From positions 176,760-240,759 of IMG/VR virus record IMGVR_UViG_3300027782_000027: a stretch of 64,000 nucleotides of DNA; one strand, 5' to 3'. Both the position numbers and the translations under genes were made by a program. Positions 9,650-20,732 of this stretch are shown here, piece after piece. The first letter of the stretch is position 1, and every line of letters starts with the position of its first letter. Below the pieces are notes generated by a model, which saw nothing but the letters and a program-made list of their open reading frames with translations, ran no database searches and was not told the origin of the DNA.

Positions 9650-9658
9650 TTATATAAT

Positions 9659-9925
9659 ATGACATACGTTGAAATATCAAATATAAACGGAACACCACCT
9701 TTTCAAATTTACTTATGTGATTTTGCGGGTAATAATTGTTCTTTGGTTCAAACTGAATACGACCCCGTTTATTGGCCAGTTATTGTTTATCTTCCATCGT
9801 CTTTGATTGGGTCAAGTCAGGTGATGTGTAAAGTTATTGATGGAAATTCTTGTGAGACTTTTAATATTTTAGTTTGTCCAAGTCCTACACCAACACCGAC
9901 ACCTACCCCAACACCCACTCCTTAA
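9659..9925 (+). CDS. Small Cys-containing virion-type protein with Pro-Thr tail
   Basis: ISNINGTPPFQIYLCD motif shared with 17442..17663; C-terminal (PT)n. Confidence 0.7.
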   Translation: MTYVEISNINGTPPFQIYLCDFAGNNCSLVQTEYDPVYWPVIVYLPSSLIGSSQVMCKVIDGNSCETFNILVCPSPTPTPTPTPTPTP

Positions 9926-9965
9926 TATATTTCATTTTTAATATTCATAAAAATAAATTTCTTGT

Positions 9966-9973
9966 TATTTATA
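9966..9973 (+). promoter_or_regulatory. Putative late promoter TATTTATA (4 nt before ATG)
   Basis: ttg tTATTTATA tgta ATG. Confidence 0.6.
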
Positions 9974-9977
9974 TGTA

Positions 9978-12062
9978 ATGGCACTTGGATTTCAAAATTG
10001 TTGTGATGTAGAAGATTATTTTTATGTAACTGGTATACCTGGTTCGGTTTCTGAATTTGAAATATATTATATTCAAACTGTTGAAGGTGAAAAACTATGT
10101 GGTACATATGTTGAATTACCTACATTAGATTATCAACCAATTACCTATGATTTAATAGGTATGACAGCACAGACAAGTTGTACAAATTGTATTTTATTAA
10201 ATCCTTGTCCAACAGGAATTACTATAGATTTCGGAACTCAAAGTACTGGAATTTTCACACCTGTTAATGAGTGTAATGTTAAAACTATCTTTCCTTTTGA
10301 TGTTGAATGTAGAACTGTGGTACCTGTAATTGGTGAAGGTAACGTAAACGGTTCGGTAAGTTTATTTGTTACAGGTGGTACTCCACCTTATAATTTTTAT
10401 AGTGCGGGAACACAAACTCAAATAGGTGTGGGTATTTTACCGACTAATAATGAGTATTTGTTATATGAAAATGTCCCGGCAGGTGATTACTCAATTTTAG
10501 TTCATGACTTTTGGGGAGATAATGTTCAGGTTGTTACTTGTAATATACCTCTTGTTCCTGACCCGTTATATGTTGAATGTCAACCTAACTCACCTGAGTT
10601 TGGTTTACCATCAAGTGGTTCTTTAGATTTGTTAATAACAGGAGGGACTGAACCATATTCGATTTATTTGAGTGGTAATCCTGTTAGTTTACCTATATTT
10701 AATCTAACGGCAGGAACATATACATTAGTTATTGAGGATAATGGTGTTGAAGATTATTTTCAAACTGAAACAATTACTTGTACTTTATTAAATCCTGAGG
10801 ATTTAGTTTATCCTGATAAGTTATGTATGAACTTCCAATACTGTGGGGTTAACTTCTATTTAGATTTTGTAAGTGCGTCAACACTTAATTCAAGACCTGT
10901 ATATAACTTATCGACACCAAGTGAAATAAGTGTTACAGGAATGACAATATATTATGATGAATATTGGTTAAGTTCAATTGAAACTCATAACTCTCCATTA
11001 CCTATCCCAACAGATTGTGAACAATCAAATGTGGTATCGTTTAAAATTGGAAATACATTTTCAGACCAACCTAATGGTTCTAACTGGATTGGTGGTGGTA
11101 CATTTGCAAATACTAATCCAATAGTTGTTACTTCAGGACAATGTTCGCAGATAACACCAACAGTTATTACTAATGCTCAAGGAGGGTGTGGTTTAACAGA
11201 TAATATTGGTAGTGTTATATTATTACCAAATCCATCGTCAGGTCAACCATATACATATTATGTTGATGGTATTGAGTATAACACTCCTGTAGTTAGTAAT
11301 TTAGGTAATGGTGGACATACTGCTCAAGTCTTAGATGTTAACGGTAATTTGAGTAATGTTGTATCATTTACAATTAATAATTCTCCGTTATCACAAACCT
11401 ATTGGGATTATTGCTCATATGTAAATACATTTACAAATACAATAAATGGAGGGATAAAAAAGGATAATTTTAAAGCGAGATTTCTAAATACAACCTCAAA
11501 TTGTTCAATTAAAGCTAAACTAAGAATTATTTATGAATATGCGGAATGGTCGCCCAATAATGAAAATACAACTCAAAATATCAGTCCATATACAGGTACA
11601 CAATTACTTGTATATCTAAATAATGTTGTACAACAAACAGCAACTTTTCAGTTAATAAGTTCACAAAATACTACTTTTATAATTCCAAGTTGTTCACCTA
11701 CAAATACGTTTCAACCGTTTACAAAAACTGTTCAGGTATACGAAACTACAAATTTTGTAAATTTTATAACATTAAATTCACTTGTTGAGGTGAAAGGTGT
11801 TGGATTTGCTTGGGTTTGGAATACTACAACACCTCTTCTTGATTACCCACAATGCTTCCCCGCAGTGTCAGGAACCTCAACCGTGCAAATTTTTAATGCT
11901 ACACTATCGTTTCCCCCAAATTGTCAGTGTATTTTACCGCCACAAGATGTAACAATTGGTGTTTCGCAAATTAATGTGAATCGAAGAAATACAACGTTAG
12001 TTGGTAATGTTATATTAAATACACCGGCAAATATACCAGCAAATATGAATTGTACAGTATAA
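9978..12062 (+). CDS. Cys-rich structural/adhesin protein with SprB-like repeats
   Basis: GSVSLFVTGGTPPYNFY...VPAGDYSILVHD and GSLDLLITGGTEPYSIY...LTAGTYTLVIED repeats. Confidence 0.65.
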   Translation: MALGFQNCCDVEDYFYVTGIPGSVSEFEIYYIQTVEGEKLCGTYVELPTLDYQPITYDLIGMTAQTSCTNCILLNPCPTGITIDFGTQSTGIFTPVNECNVKTIFPFDVECRTVVPVIGEGNVNGSVSLFVTGGTPPYNFYSAGTQTQIGVGILPTNNEYLLYENVPAGDYSILVHDFWGDNVQVVTCNIPLVPDPLYVECQPNSPEFGLPSSGSLDLLITGGTEPYSIYLSGNPVSLPIFNLTAGTYTLVIEDNGVEDYFQTETITCTLLNPEDLVYPDKLCMNFQYCGVNFYLDFVSASTLNSRPVYNLSTPSEISVTGMTIYYDEYWLSSIETHNSPLPIPTDCEQSNVVSFKIGNTFSDQPNGSNWIGGGTFANTNPIVVTSGQCSQITPTVITNAQGGCGLTDNIGSVILLPNPSSGQPYTYYVDGIEYNTPVVSNLGNGGHTAQVLDVNGNLSNVVSFTINNSPLSQTYWDYCSYVNTFTNTINGGIKKDNFKARFLNTTSNCSIKAKLRIIYEYAEWSPNNENTTQNISPYTGTQLLVYLNNVVQQTATFQLISSQNTTFIIPSCSPTNTFQPFTKTVQVYETTNFVNFITLNSLVEVKGVGFAWVWNTTTPLLDYPQCFPAVSGTSTVQIFNATLSFPPNCQCILPPQDVTIGVSQINVNRRNTTLVGNVILNTPANIPANMNCTV

Positions 12063-12088
12063 AAACTATTAAAAGATAATTATAATAA

Positions 12089-14290
12089 ATGGGATACGTA
12101 ATAAAAGAAAATCAAGGGTTACTGATAACAAGACTAACCGATGTCGGTAGAAGAAAAATATCAGAAGGAAACTTTAATATAAGTTATTTCCAAATCGGAG
12201 ATAGTGAAGTTAATTATAGTGCAATACCTGATTATAATATTTCAAATTTTCAAATTTTAGAACCATCATTTAACGCACATAATAATGTGGGAGTTCCTCA
12301 ATCAAATAAAAATGATGTAAAATATCCATATTATTTACAAGGAACTACAGGAATCACTTATGGTCTTCCATTTATGGCATCTGCTGATGATTCTGTTTAC
12401 AATACTGCGGCACCTAGTGGATTTTTTAGTGCTAGTACCGCAACCACATGTTACGCACCATATCATACATCAGCATATACTTATAATTCACAATATACTG
12501 TAAATTTAGCTTCATCATCATTTAATGGTAATTCATCGATTATGACTTTAACGTCTAATCCATGTTCTGACTCAGCATCGGGAACTACAATATCTGCGGG
12601 AACACTTGTTACCATTTATATGAGTGGTGGTTCATCATGTGGTTGTATTAGGTCATGTTATCCGGTATTGACATATCAAGTGACGGCATGGAATTCAGGA
12701 ACATTACAATTGACAGTCGATAGACTTTTACCAGATTTAAATGGGTTAGGATATACAGGAACTGCTAGATTATTCTTTTATCCTTCAGGAATGACTGGAT
12801 ACGATTTACCAACTCCTATGAACTATTGGAGTGATAGTGTTATTAATTATGAATCAGTTTGTACTCCTGAAGATGGTTTAGTTAAGATTTGGAATATGAA
12901 TATTCCTTGGAGTGAGAATCCTGCAGGTTTATTAACAACACAAGATAAGAGTTTTGAAAATTTTGGTTCAGTTGATTATATTAGCACAAAAGAATATTAC
13001 GGTTATATGTCATCAAGTGGACAAACAGATACTTCAGGAACTTCTTACTATAATTCTTTTTATGAAGAAATTATTGTTACACCTGAAGAACAAAAGGCTA
13101 TTGCAATTGTTCACTATACTAATAACACCATAATTAATTTTTATGGTGAAAAATTTGCTTGTGAAGCGTATGACAATACTGACCCTGGTGCAACAGGACA
13201 AGCGAGAAACTTCTCAATAAATCTACCTTGGTTGATGTGGCATAAAAACCCAACATCATGTTGTAGTGGTGAAACATTTTACATTGACCCAGCAGGATTC
13301 GATAATTACGATTTATTAACACCTTATTACATACAATCAACTAAAAATGTTGATATGAATAATCCAGGTATTAGATATTATCATTTATATGATACTCATG
13401 CTAATCCCGTTACAGGTAAACCAAATAGAGTAGGTAAAGTTTTCCCTGATGATAAAGTTATTATTTTTGATGATGATGAAATCATCGCGGCTATGTCATA
13501 TATCTCAAATAGAAATTTCACATTGCCAGCACCAAAATTAGGTTTAATTGTTCCAGGTTCTTGTGGTGATACTTCTACTGACGGATTATTAGATAATGAC
13601 CAACAAGTTTGTTGGGTAACTTACGGATTTGAAGGTGATTGGCAGGGGATGCATTGTAACTATTATCAAAAAATTATTGGACCAACATCAGGTTGTAATT
13701 TAACAGAACAAAACATAACAGTTAGTTTTGGTAATGAGTTTAAATGTATGACAACAGGAACTACAAGTGGGTTTGGGGCTAACGGATTTTTTATTTTAGC
13801 TCAAACTGGTACAACATCACAATTAAGACCTGACCCTGAAGAATGGGTAAAAATTGATTATACATCTGATTTATCAAATTATATATTACCTAACTCTTAC
13901 ATCAATCCTGTAGGGTTAAGTGCTTTAACATTCACAATAACACCATCAGCATATACGGGAGGTGACTCTTATTTACTTAACGAACAAATTATCATCCCAA
14001 GTAATTCTGAATCTGATTTAGGTTTGTTAGGATTTGGTGATGAGTATTCATTCTATGGTAATGTTAATACTGATATTCAGGCAACAATCTATGAAATGAG
14101 ATATTTGATTAATTTACCTAATAATCAATTTGTTAGTTCTACAAATCCAACATGGACTAGTGGAACCCCAGCTTACATGTCTGAAATTGGATTATATGAT
14201 ACAAATAAAAATTTATTAGTGTTAGCTAAATTCCAATCACCACAATTAAGACAAGGTATTCAACAGGCAGTAGTTAAGTTAGATTTCTAA
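12089..14290 (+). CDS. Baseplate/tail-collar-like structural protein
   Basis: N-terminal LTDVGRRKIS..FQIGDSE and C-terminal YMSEIGLYDTNKNLLVLAK resemble the two halves of phage tail-fibre/baseplate attachment domains. Confidence 0.6.
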   Translation: MGYVIKENQGLLITRLTDVGRRKISEGNFNISYFQIGDSEVNYSAIPDYNISNFQILEPSFNAHNNVGVPQSNKNDVKYPYYLQGTTGITYGLPFMASADDSVYNTAAPSGFFSASTATTCYAPYHTSAYTYNSQYTVNLASSSFNGNSSIMTLTSNPCSDSASGTTISAGTLVTIYMSGGSSCGCIRSCYPVLTYQVTAWNSGTLQLTVDRLLPDLNGLGYTGTARLFFYPSGMTGYDLPTPMNYWSDSVINYESVCTPEDGLVKIWNMNIPWSENPAGLLTTQDKSFENFGSVDYISTKEYYGYMSSSGQTDTSGTSYYNSFYEEIIVTPEEQKAIAIVHYTNNTIINFYGEKFACEAYDNTDPGATGQARNFSINLPWLMWHKNPTSCCSGETFYIDPAGFDNYDLLTPYYIQSTKNVDMNNPGIRYYHLYDTHANPVTGKPNRVGKVFPDDKVIIFDDDEIIAAMSYISNRNFTLPAPKLGLIVPGSCGDTSTDGLLDNDQQVCWVTYGFEGDWQGMHCNYYQKIIGPTSGCNLTEQNITVSFGNEFKCMTTGTTSGFGANGFFILAQTGTTSQLRPDPEEWVKIDYTSDLSNYILPNSYINPVGLSALTFTITPSAYTGGDSYLLNEQIIIPSNSESDLGLLGFGDEYSFYGNVNTDIQATIYEMRYLINLPNNQFVSSTNPTWTSGTPAYMSEIGLYDTNKNLLVLAKFQSPQLRQGIQQAVVKLDF

Positions 14291-14337
14291 ATTATTTACT
14301 ATTAAGTTAATTACTTTAATATTAAATCTAATAAGTA

Positions 14338-14940
14338 ATGTTAGATATGGCAAAAAGTATTAAAAATTCTCCTAAAATTTTGGGATTGGATGTTTCCACT
14401 AAAACTATTGGTGTGGCATTGTTTGATTTATCTTCAAGAGATTTATTGGAGTTAACTCATGTTTCACCGCAACCAAAACCGACACCTGAAACAAAGATTG
14501 AGGAGATGTTATTAAAATCTGCAACATTCAGAAAAAAGTTGGAAGAATATAAAGGCGTTGGTGTTGTTAGATGTGTGATTGAAGAACCTTTATTAAATAG
14601 TAATAATGCTTACACCATCGGAACCTTATTAAGATATAATACATTAATTACTAAAGAAGTTTATGATGTATTAGGTATCGTTCCTGAATACGTATCAACT
14701 TATAACTCAAGAAAAGAAGCTTGGCCTGAATTAGTTAAGAAAAACGAAAAAGGTAAGTTTGTTTTATTTGGTGGTTATCCTAAAGATTGTGATAAGAAGA
14801 TGATTATATGGGAACTTGTCGCAAAAAGAGAACCACAAATTAATTGGTTATACACAAGAAATAATACATTAAAGAAAGAGAATTTTGATATGACAGATGC
14901 TTATACGGTTGTATTAAGTTATCTAAATTCAAAAAATTAA
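14338..14940 (+). CDS. ruvC: RuvC-like Holliday junction resolvase
   Basis: ILGLDVSTKTIG, VIEEP and DMTDAY acidic catalytic motifs. Confidence 0.8.
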   Translation: MLDMAKSIKNSPKILGLDVSTKTIGVALFDLSSRDLLELTHVSPQPKPTPETKIEEMLLKSATFRKKLEEYKGVGVVRCVIEEPLLNSNNAYTIGTLLRYNTLITKEVYDVLGIVPEYVSTYNSRKEAWPELVKKNEKGKFVLFGGYPKDCDKKMIIWELVAKREPQINWLYTRNNTLKKENFDMTDAYTVVLSYLNSKN

Positions 14941-14961
14941 TAAGATTTTTATTTAAAATTT

Positions 14962-14985
14962 AAGGTGTCATTTGACACCTTTTTT
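14962..14985. terminator. Intrinsic terminator between convergent genes
   Basis: aaggtgtca-tt-tgacacctt followed by a T-run. Confidence 0.8.
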
Positions 14986-14986
14986 G

Positions 14987-17437
14987 TTATGTACACAATA
15001 CTGATATATTGTTGTCTAAACTATTTTCAACATAGATTCTATCATATTTACTATCGTAAGCAACACCTCTTGGTAAATTACCAACTGGAATTGTTTTAAT
15101 AACGGTATTAGTTAATACATCTATAACACTAACATTATCTGTTGTAGCATTACTTACATACAGTGTGTTACTGTTAGTGTCAAATGCCATATCTATTGGA
15201 TTTGTACCAACAGTTATTGTTGTTCCTGTTGTGTTAGTTATTGGGTTAATTGTTATGACTTTATCAGTACCATTTAAAAGTGTGTATACAGTATTATTTA
15301 TTGGTACATATAAACAGTATCTAGGTAAAGAACCTGAAGGCATGTTAATTGTTGATGCGGTTATTCCTTTTATAGTATCTATTGTTACCACAGTACTGCT
15401 TATTGAGTTTGGTACATATACTTGTAAATTATTTTCATTAAATGCTGGTTGAATTGGTCTAGTTCCTGTTGTATAAGTATTTACAATAGTACTTACCGGT
15501 ATTGAACTTACTGTTCCTCCATCATATTCAGCAACATATAATACTTCGTTTATAGTATCATACGTTAATCCAAAAGGTCTTAATCCTGTTGGAATTGTAG
15601 AAATTACCGATAGGGTAAGAGGATTTATAACTGATATGGTATTCGCTGAGAAATTACTAACGTATAATAATTTACTATCGTTACTTAATACCCCACCTCT
15701 AGGTTGAATACCAACTGGGATTGTTGATACAATAGAATAATCATTAATATCAATTACTGAAACATTATTACTTGTTTCGTTAATTACATACATATATTCG
15801 TTTACACTATCAAATACTATAAAGAATGGGCCTGTTCCCACTGATATTGTTTGTATTATGTTTGGACATGATTGTGTTGGTGTTGGTGTTGGACTGAATG
15901 TTGGTGTTGGTGTTGAGGTTGGAACTGGTGAACAGAACTTGCAATCAAATAAATTACCACTTTCAATAGACTCTAAAATATTTGTAGGAGAACCTAAAAT
16001 ATCTGAGACATAAGTAACACACGATGATTTACCATCAATTATAACACTAAATGTTGCACCTGTTGAAAATGGTATATCTCCTGAAACCACATAAGTTGTT
16101 CTACCATTACAGTCTTGTAAAAACTTGGAATATAAACTTGTAAATTTAGATGAGAAAGTATCATATGATACTGTACCACTAACTATAACACCTTTAATTG
16201 CGTTTGTTGGTGTAACACTTGGAGTTGGACTTGGACCAGGATATGAATAACTTACCCCACTAAAAATAAGTGATTTACCATTACACAGAGGTGTAGGTGT
16301 TGGAGTTGTTGTAGGTGTTGTTGTTGGTGTTAATGTCGGTGTTGGAGTTGGAGTTGCTCCTGATGTAATATTACAATCAAATACTGCGGTGAAATCAAAT
16401 GTATCACAAGCATCTGTTAATGTTGGTGTTGGTGTTGGACATGATGTGTTAAAATATGTTTCGTCTAAATCAGGACAAACAGTATTACTACCTGTCGGTC
16501 CAAATAATTGACATTCACCGTTTACACAACTTGATAAACACCATCTTGTTTCTCCTGTGTTATAATATATGTAATACGGATTAGTGTTATCTGGTTTGTA
16601 GAATACGTTTCGTTGACCAAAAACACCATAGTTGTAATAAGTTCCGTCGTAATTTGTATAAGCACTTAAATTTGTAAACACACAATAACTTGACTGAGGA
16701 CATGCAGTATAAACTGGACTTGGAGTAACAGTAGGTGTTGGTGTCGTTGATAAAGTTGGTGTTGGTGTATTACAAAATGTTGGTAGAGGTGTTTTTGTAA
16801 CAGTAGGTGTTGGGGTTTTTGTCGGTGTAATTGATAGTGTTGGGGTTGGAGAACTTGTTACGGTAGGTGTTGGAGTCTTTGTTGGCGTGATACTTGGAGT
16901 TGGTGTAACAGTTCTTGTTGGGGTATGTGTTGGAGTTATACTTGGTGTTGGAGTATTAGTTGGGGTTTTTGTTACTGTAGGTGTATTAGTCGGGGTTTTT
17001 GTTACTGTAGGTGTATTAGTTGGTGTTTTTGTTGGTGTAACAGTTTTTGTTGGAGTATTTGTTGGTGTTTTTGTTGGAGTTTTTGTTGGAGTTGCACTTG
17101 GTGTGACAGTTTTTGTTGGAGTGTTTGTCGGCGTTTTTGTAGGGGTGGCACTCGGAGCGGGTGTAGATGTCGGAGTAGGTGTAGGACCTGGTACACAAGG
17201 ATAGACCGTGGTACATGCAGAACAAGTTAAATAACTTGTTGTATTTGCTGAAATTAAATTATATTCTGTTCTACCACTAACAAATCCTGAAGTTAAATAC
17301 TGTGAACAACCTGTATACTTATCTGTTATTAAATAATAAGATGTGTTAGCAGAGAAGGTTCCCCCAGAATAATTCGACTGAATTTGGAATGTAGTACCAC
17401 TACAACAACCTGAAAATGAATACCAATTTAATGCCAA
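14987..17437 (-). CDS. Cys-rich protein with mucin-like Pro/Thr stalk and C-terminal YVTN/YncE beta-propeller
   Basis: ([10 protein letters not shown])n; repeats such as [53 protein letters not shown]. Confidence 0.85.
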   Translation of the reverse strand: MALNWYSFSGCCSGTTFQIQSNYSGGTFSANTSYYLITDKYTGCSQYLTSGFVSGRTEYNLISANTTSYLTCSACTTVYPCVPGPTPTPTSTPAPSATPTKTPTNTPTKTVTPSATPTKTPTKTPTNTPTKTVTPTKTPTNTPTVTKTPTNTPTVTKTPTNTPTPSITPTHTPTRTVTPTPSITPTKTPTPTVTSSPTPTLSITPTKTPTPTVTKTPLPTFCNTPTPTLSTTPTPTVTPSPVYTACPQSSYCVFTNLSAYTNYDGTYYNYGVFGQRNVFYKPDNTNPYYIYYNTGETRWCLSSCVNGECQLFGPTGSNTVCPDLDETYFNTSCPTPTPTLTDACDTFDFTAVFDCNITSGATPTPTPTLTPTTTPTTTPTPTPLCNGKSLIFSGVSYSYPGPSPTPSVTPTNAIKGVIVSGTVSYDTFSSKFTSLYSKFLQDCNGRTTYVVSGDIPFSTGATFSVIIDGKSSCVTYVSDILGSPTNILESIESGNLFDCKFCSPVPTSTPTPTFSPTPTPTQSCPNIIQTISVGTGPFFIVFDSVNEYMYVINETSNNVSVIDINDYSIVSTIPVGIQPRGGVLSNDSKLLYVSNFSANTISVINPLTLSVISTIPTGLRPFGLTYDTINEVLYVAEYDGGTVSSIPVSTIVNTYTTGTRPIQPAFNENNLQVYVPNSISSTVVTIDTIKGITASTINMPSGSLPRYCLYVPINNTVYTLLNGTDKVITINPITNTTGTTITVGTNPIDMAFDTNSNTLYVSNATTDNVSVIDVLTNTVIKTIPVGNLPRGVAYDSKYDRIYVENSLDNNISVLCT
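16720..17190 (-). repeat. Pro/Thr low-complexity coding repeat
   Basis: Degenerate 12/30-bp units encoding [14 protein letters not shown]. Confidence 0.8.
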
Positions 17438-17441
17438 TTTT

Positions 17442-17663
17442 TTAAATACTTGTTGTTCCCGTTATTATACAACCAACTGAATCAGTTACCCTTAAATCAT
17501 ATCCATTCAATTCTTGGATAGGAGTTGGGACACTAAAACTATACGGTAAATCACCACTATCTATACTAGATATAAAATAACAAGGTGTACCACCTGAAAG
17601 ACATAAATAAATGTCAAATGGTGTTGAACCTGTAATACTACTAACCGTAATCGTTGTTGGCAT
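17442..17663 (-). CDS. Small virion-type protein, paralogue of 9659..9925
   Basis: [16 protein letters not shown]; TATTTATA motif 4 nt upstream (17668-17675, minus strand). Confidence 0.7.
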   Translation of the reverse strand: MPTTITVSSITGSTPFDIYLCLSGGTPCYFISSIDSGDLPYSFSVPTPIQELNGYDLRVTDSVGCIITGTTSI

Positions 17664-17737
17664 ATGATATAAATATAAAAGGGATTAAAACTTTGTGAAG
17701 TTTGACAACAATAAGTTTTTATCTTATTATTAAGGTA

Positions 17738-18634
17738 ATGGATGAAGATGAAATTTTACTTGAAATTATTAGGGACTTATTTGGTAAAGAGAAACATTAT
17801 TATGCTTCCAAAGGTCAGATTTCAATAAATTGTCCGTATTGTGATGAGGGTAGAAACAAGGGAAACCTTGAAATTAACATCAACGAACACGTATATAAAT
17901 GTTGGTCATGTTCGGATTCAAATGGAACACACGGAGTTTTAGGTAAGTTAATTGATATTTTTGGAACCAAAAACCAAAAGAAAACTTACGACATATTCAA
18001 ACCCGAAGAACATAAGTCAAAACATGTTGAACTAAAAAAGTTAAAACTTCCCAAAGAATTTATTTCAATTAAGGACGCTAACCCCCTTCACATTCCGCAC
18101 AGAGAAGTTTTAAAGTACATTAAGACTCGTGGTATTACTGATGAAATGATTGAAAAGTTTAATATTGGTTTTGCTACCGATGGTGACTACGGAGGGAGGA
18201 TTATTATACCTTCATATGGTATGGACAATGAGATTAACTACTTCATATCAAGGGCTTGGTTTAATACGAAGAATAAGTATAAAAATCCTGAATACCCAAA
18301 GGAGACAATTATATTTAACGAGAAGTTAATTGATTGGAATAAACCAATTTATCTGTGTGAAGGTGCGATTGACGGATTCTTTACACCCAACCCAGTTGTT
18401 CTACTAGGAAAAATATTACACGATTTATTATTTGAAACAATATATACCAAAGCTAAGTCAGATATTATCATATGTTTGGATGCCGATGCTTGGAAAGATG
18501 CTCAAAAACTTTATAACCAATTAAATGGTGGGAAGTTAAGAGGGAGAGTAAAGATTCTAAAACTACCAAAAGACTCTGATATTGCAGATTTGAAAGGTAT
18601 GATAGATGATTATTATTATGAAATGAGTTATTAA
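17738..18634 (+). CDS. dnaG: DNA primase (Zn finger + Toprim)
   Basis: CPYC..CWSC, RIIIP, KYKNP, LCEGAIDG, CLDADA; ATG 17738 preferred over TTG 17702. Confidence 0.85.
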   Translation: MDEDEILLEIIRDLFGKEKHYYASKGQISINCPYCDEGRNKGNLEININEHVYKCWSCSDSNGTHGVLGKLIDIFGTKNQKKTYDIFKPEEHKSKHVELKKLKLPKEFISIKDANPLHIPHREVLKYIKTRGITDEMIEKFNIGFATDGDYGGRIIIPSYGMDNEINYFISRAWFNTKNKYKNPEYPKETIIFNEKLIDWNKPIYLCEGAIDGFFTPNPVVLLGKILHDLLFETIYTKAKSDIIICLDADAWKDAQKLYNQLNGGKLRGRVKILKLPKDSDIADLKGMIDDYYYEMSY

Positions 18635-18637
18635 AAT

Positions 18638-19492
18638 ATGGATTTATATAAAATAAGAGAAGAAATTATAGAAATAATTTCACAAAAACAAAAAGAACTT
18701 CAATTAACTTTTGAAGAAGAAAGTCATACGTATACAATGGCTGATAAAGATGGTAACTTACGAAGTGATTGGCCCTCAGTATCTAAAATACTAAAATTGT
18801 TTTATCCTGAGTTCCCAACTGATGAAGCGGCTCAAAAGAAATCTAAAGGTGACCCAGTTCTCAAACAACAATTAATTGAAGAATGGGCAGCTGCCGGTGA
18901 TTACTCAACCAATATGGGTAGTAGAGTCCATTACATTTTAGAACAAGCTTCACATAAAATGTTTGGAATAGATAAAGAGATTAGAAAACCTGAATTTGAA
19001 TGTGATATCACCCAAATACTGAAAGGTGATAGTATGGTTACTGCAGGTAAAAAGTTTCTTAAATTAATGGAAGGAAGAGAAACAGTTTTGTTGGATACCG
19101 AAATTGTTTTGGGTTCAAATGAATTACAATACGTGGGGCAACCCGATAAGGTGTGGTTGGTGATAAATAAGAAGAAAGATGGGTTTGGTATTTTAGTTAC
19201 TGACTATAAAACAAACAAACCTAAAAACTTTGAAAGTAACAACTTTACAAAACCTATGTTTAAACCATTCCAAAATCTACCAAATACCGCTCTTGGACAC
19301 TACTATGTTCAACTACCTTTATATGGTAAGTTAATCCTAAAAATGTTGGAAGGAACAAAATACGAAAACATGAAATTATATGGATGTATTGTCGTATTAT
19401 TGCAAGAGGATTCAGAGTTCAAAGAGTTCAGAGTACCACAAGATGTGATAGATACTGTGATGACTATGAATGTAAAGGACTATCTGAATTGA
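18638..19492 (+). CDS. PD-(D/E)XK exonuclease
   Basis: PSVSKIL, GSRVHYILE, GQPD, TDYKT, YYVQLPLY. Confidence 0.8.
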   Translation: MDLYKIREEIIEIISQKQKELQLTFEEESHTYTMADKDGNLRSDWPSVSKILKLFYPEFPTDEAAQKKSKGDPVLKQQLIEEWAAAGDYSTNMGSRVHYILEQASHKMFGIDKEIRKPEFECDITQILKGDSMVTAGKKFLKLMEGRETVLLDTEIVLGSNELQYVGQPDKVWLVINKKKDGFGILVTDYKTNKPKNFESNNFTKPMFKPFQNLPNTALGHYYVQLPLYGKLILKMLEGTKYENMKLYGCIVVLLQEDSEFKEFRVPQDVIDTVMTMNVKDYLN

Positions 19493-19519
19493 CAACAAAC
19501 AAAAAAAATACTATATTTG
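19489..19519 (+). promoter_or_regulatory. Bacteroidota-type primary sigma promoter
   Basis: TTG-N20-TATATTTG, ATG 4 nt downstream. Confidence 0.7.
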
Positions 19520-19523
19520 AACT

Positions 19524-19721
19524 ATGATAAAACTAACATTTAACACAACAGACAAAACAGTAAGCGTTGATTTAGGTCAACTTCATTTTGAGGATTACTT
19601 AAACGTATCAACAGTACAAATTAGAGAAGGTTACTACGAAGTAATGATTAAGTCTGATGAGAAATCTAAACCAGTACTTAGAGTACCGATTAGTAATACA
19701 ATAATGTTTATACAAGAATAA
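19524..19721 (+). CDS. Hypothetical protein
   Basis: 65-aa ORF behind a promoter. Confidence 0.7.
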   Translation: MIKLTFNTTDKTVSVDLGQLHFEDYLNVSTVQIREGYYEVMIKSDEKSKPVLRVPISNTIMFIQE

Positions 19722-19722
19722 T

Positions 19723-19956
19723 ATGAATTTAGAAAAACCAAAAATTAATTTAAGAGACATGGACTTCATTGTCTGTGACAAATGTGAACATAACGAGTTC
19801 AAAGAAATTACTTACCTAAAACGAGTACCAAAGTTATTAACTGGCTCACCCGATGATACAGTCGTACCTTTCCCAACATACGCTTGTTTGGCTTGTGGTA
19901 ATGTGAATGAAGAATTAAACCCATTTCACACTGAATCTCCGAAATTAGAACTATGA
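19723..19956 (+). CDS. Zinc-ribbon protein
   Basis: CDKC...CLAC. Confidence 0.7.
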   Translation: MNLEKPKINLRDMDFIVCDKCEHNEFKEITYLKRVPKLLTGSPDDTVVPFPTYACLACGNVNEELNPFHTESPKLEL

Positions 19957-20732
19957 TAAAAAAGTTAGTTCATTTTTCTGATTTACACGTTAGGTTGTTT
20001 AAAGACCACCAACTGTATAAGTCAATTTTAGAAGAAGCGTTTAAACAATGGAAAGATATTGCTCCTGATAGAATTGTGTTTACAGGGGATTTAGTTCACT
20101 CTAAAAACCAAATGACACCTGAACTTGTTGAGTTCATCGCTTGGGTATTGACGGAGTGTTCAAAGATTGCTAAGACGGTATTAATACCTGGTAACCACGA
20201 CTTCCTTGAAAACAATATGGAACGATTGGATGCTCTAACACCTGTGGTTGATTCACTTAAAAATGAAATGGTGGTTTACTACAAGAATAGAGGTGTGTAT
20301 CAGGATGAAAATATTGATTGGTGTGTGTATTCACTTATGGACCATAACATCCCACCTACGATTGAAAAGTCTGATAGAGTTAAGATTGGATTATTTCACG
20401 GACCAGTTCAAGGACTTACCACCAACTTAGGATTTAAGTTTGAAGATGGGTTTGAAACATCAAAGTTTGATGGGTGTGACTTGGTACTATGTGGTGATAT
20501 TCACAAGAGACAAATCTTTGATATACCAAATGGTAAGAAGGCTTATATGATTGGTTCAACCGTTGGACAGAACTATGGTGAAACGGTAACCAAACACGGA
20601 TATGGAATTTATGATGTGGAAAAAGATGAGTATACGACAGTAGATTTATTCAACCCAAAACCTTTCATATCATTTAGAATAAACTCATATGAAGATATTG
20701 AAAATGGAACAGAAAAATTCGTTAACTATTGA
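19953..20732 (+). CDS. sbcD: Metallophosphoesterase, SbcD/Mre11/gp47-like nuclease
   Basis: SDLH, TGDLVH, GNHD, FHG, GDIH motifs; close to an SbcC-like gene. Confidence 0.85.
   Translation: MIKKLVHFSDLHVRLFKDHQLYKSILEEAFKQWKDIAPDRIVFTGDLVHSKNQMTPELVEFIAWVLTECSKIAKTVLIPGNHDFLENNMERLDALTPVVDSLKNEMVVYYKNRGVYQDENIDWCVYSLMDHNIPPTIEKSDRVKIGLFHGPVQGLTTNLGFKFEDGFETSKFDGCDLVLCGDIHKRQIFDIPNGKKAYMIGSTVGQNYGETVTKHGYGIYDVEKDEYTTVDLFNPKPFISFRINSYEDIENGTEKFVNY

Noticed and set aside
16887-17230. G/V-rich and C/W-rich ORFs
   Set aside because: Alternate frames of the Pro/Thr repeat.
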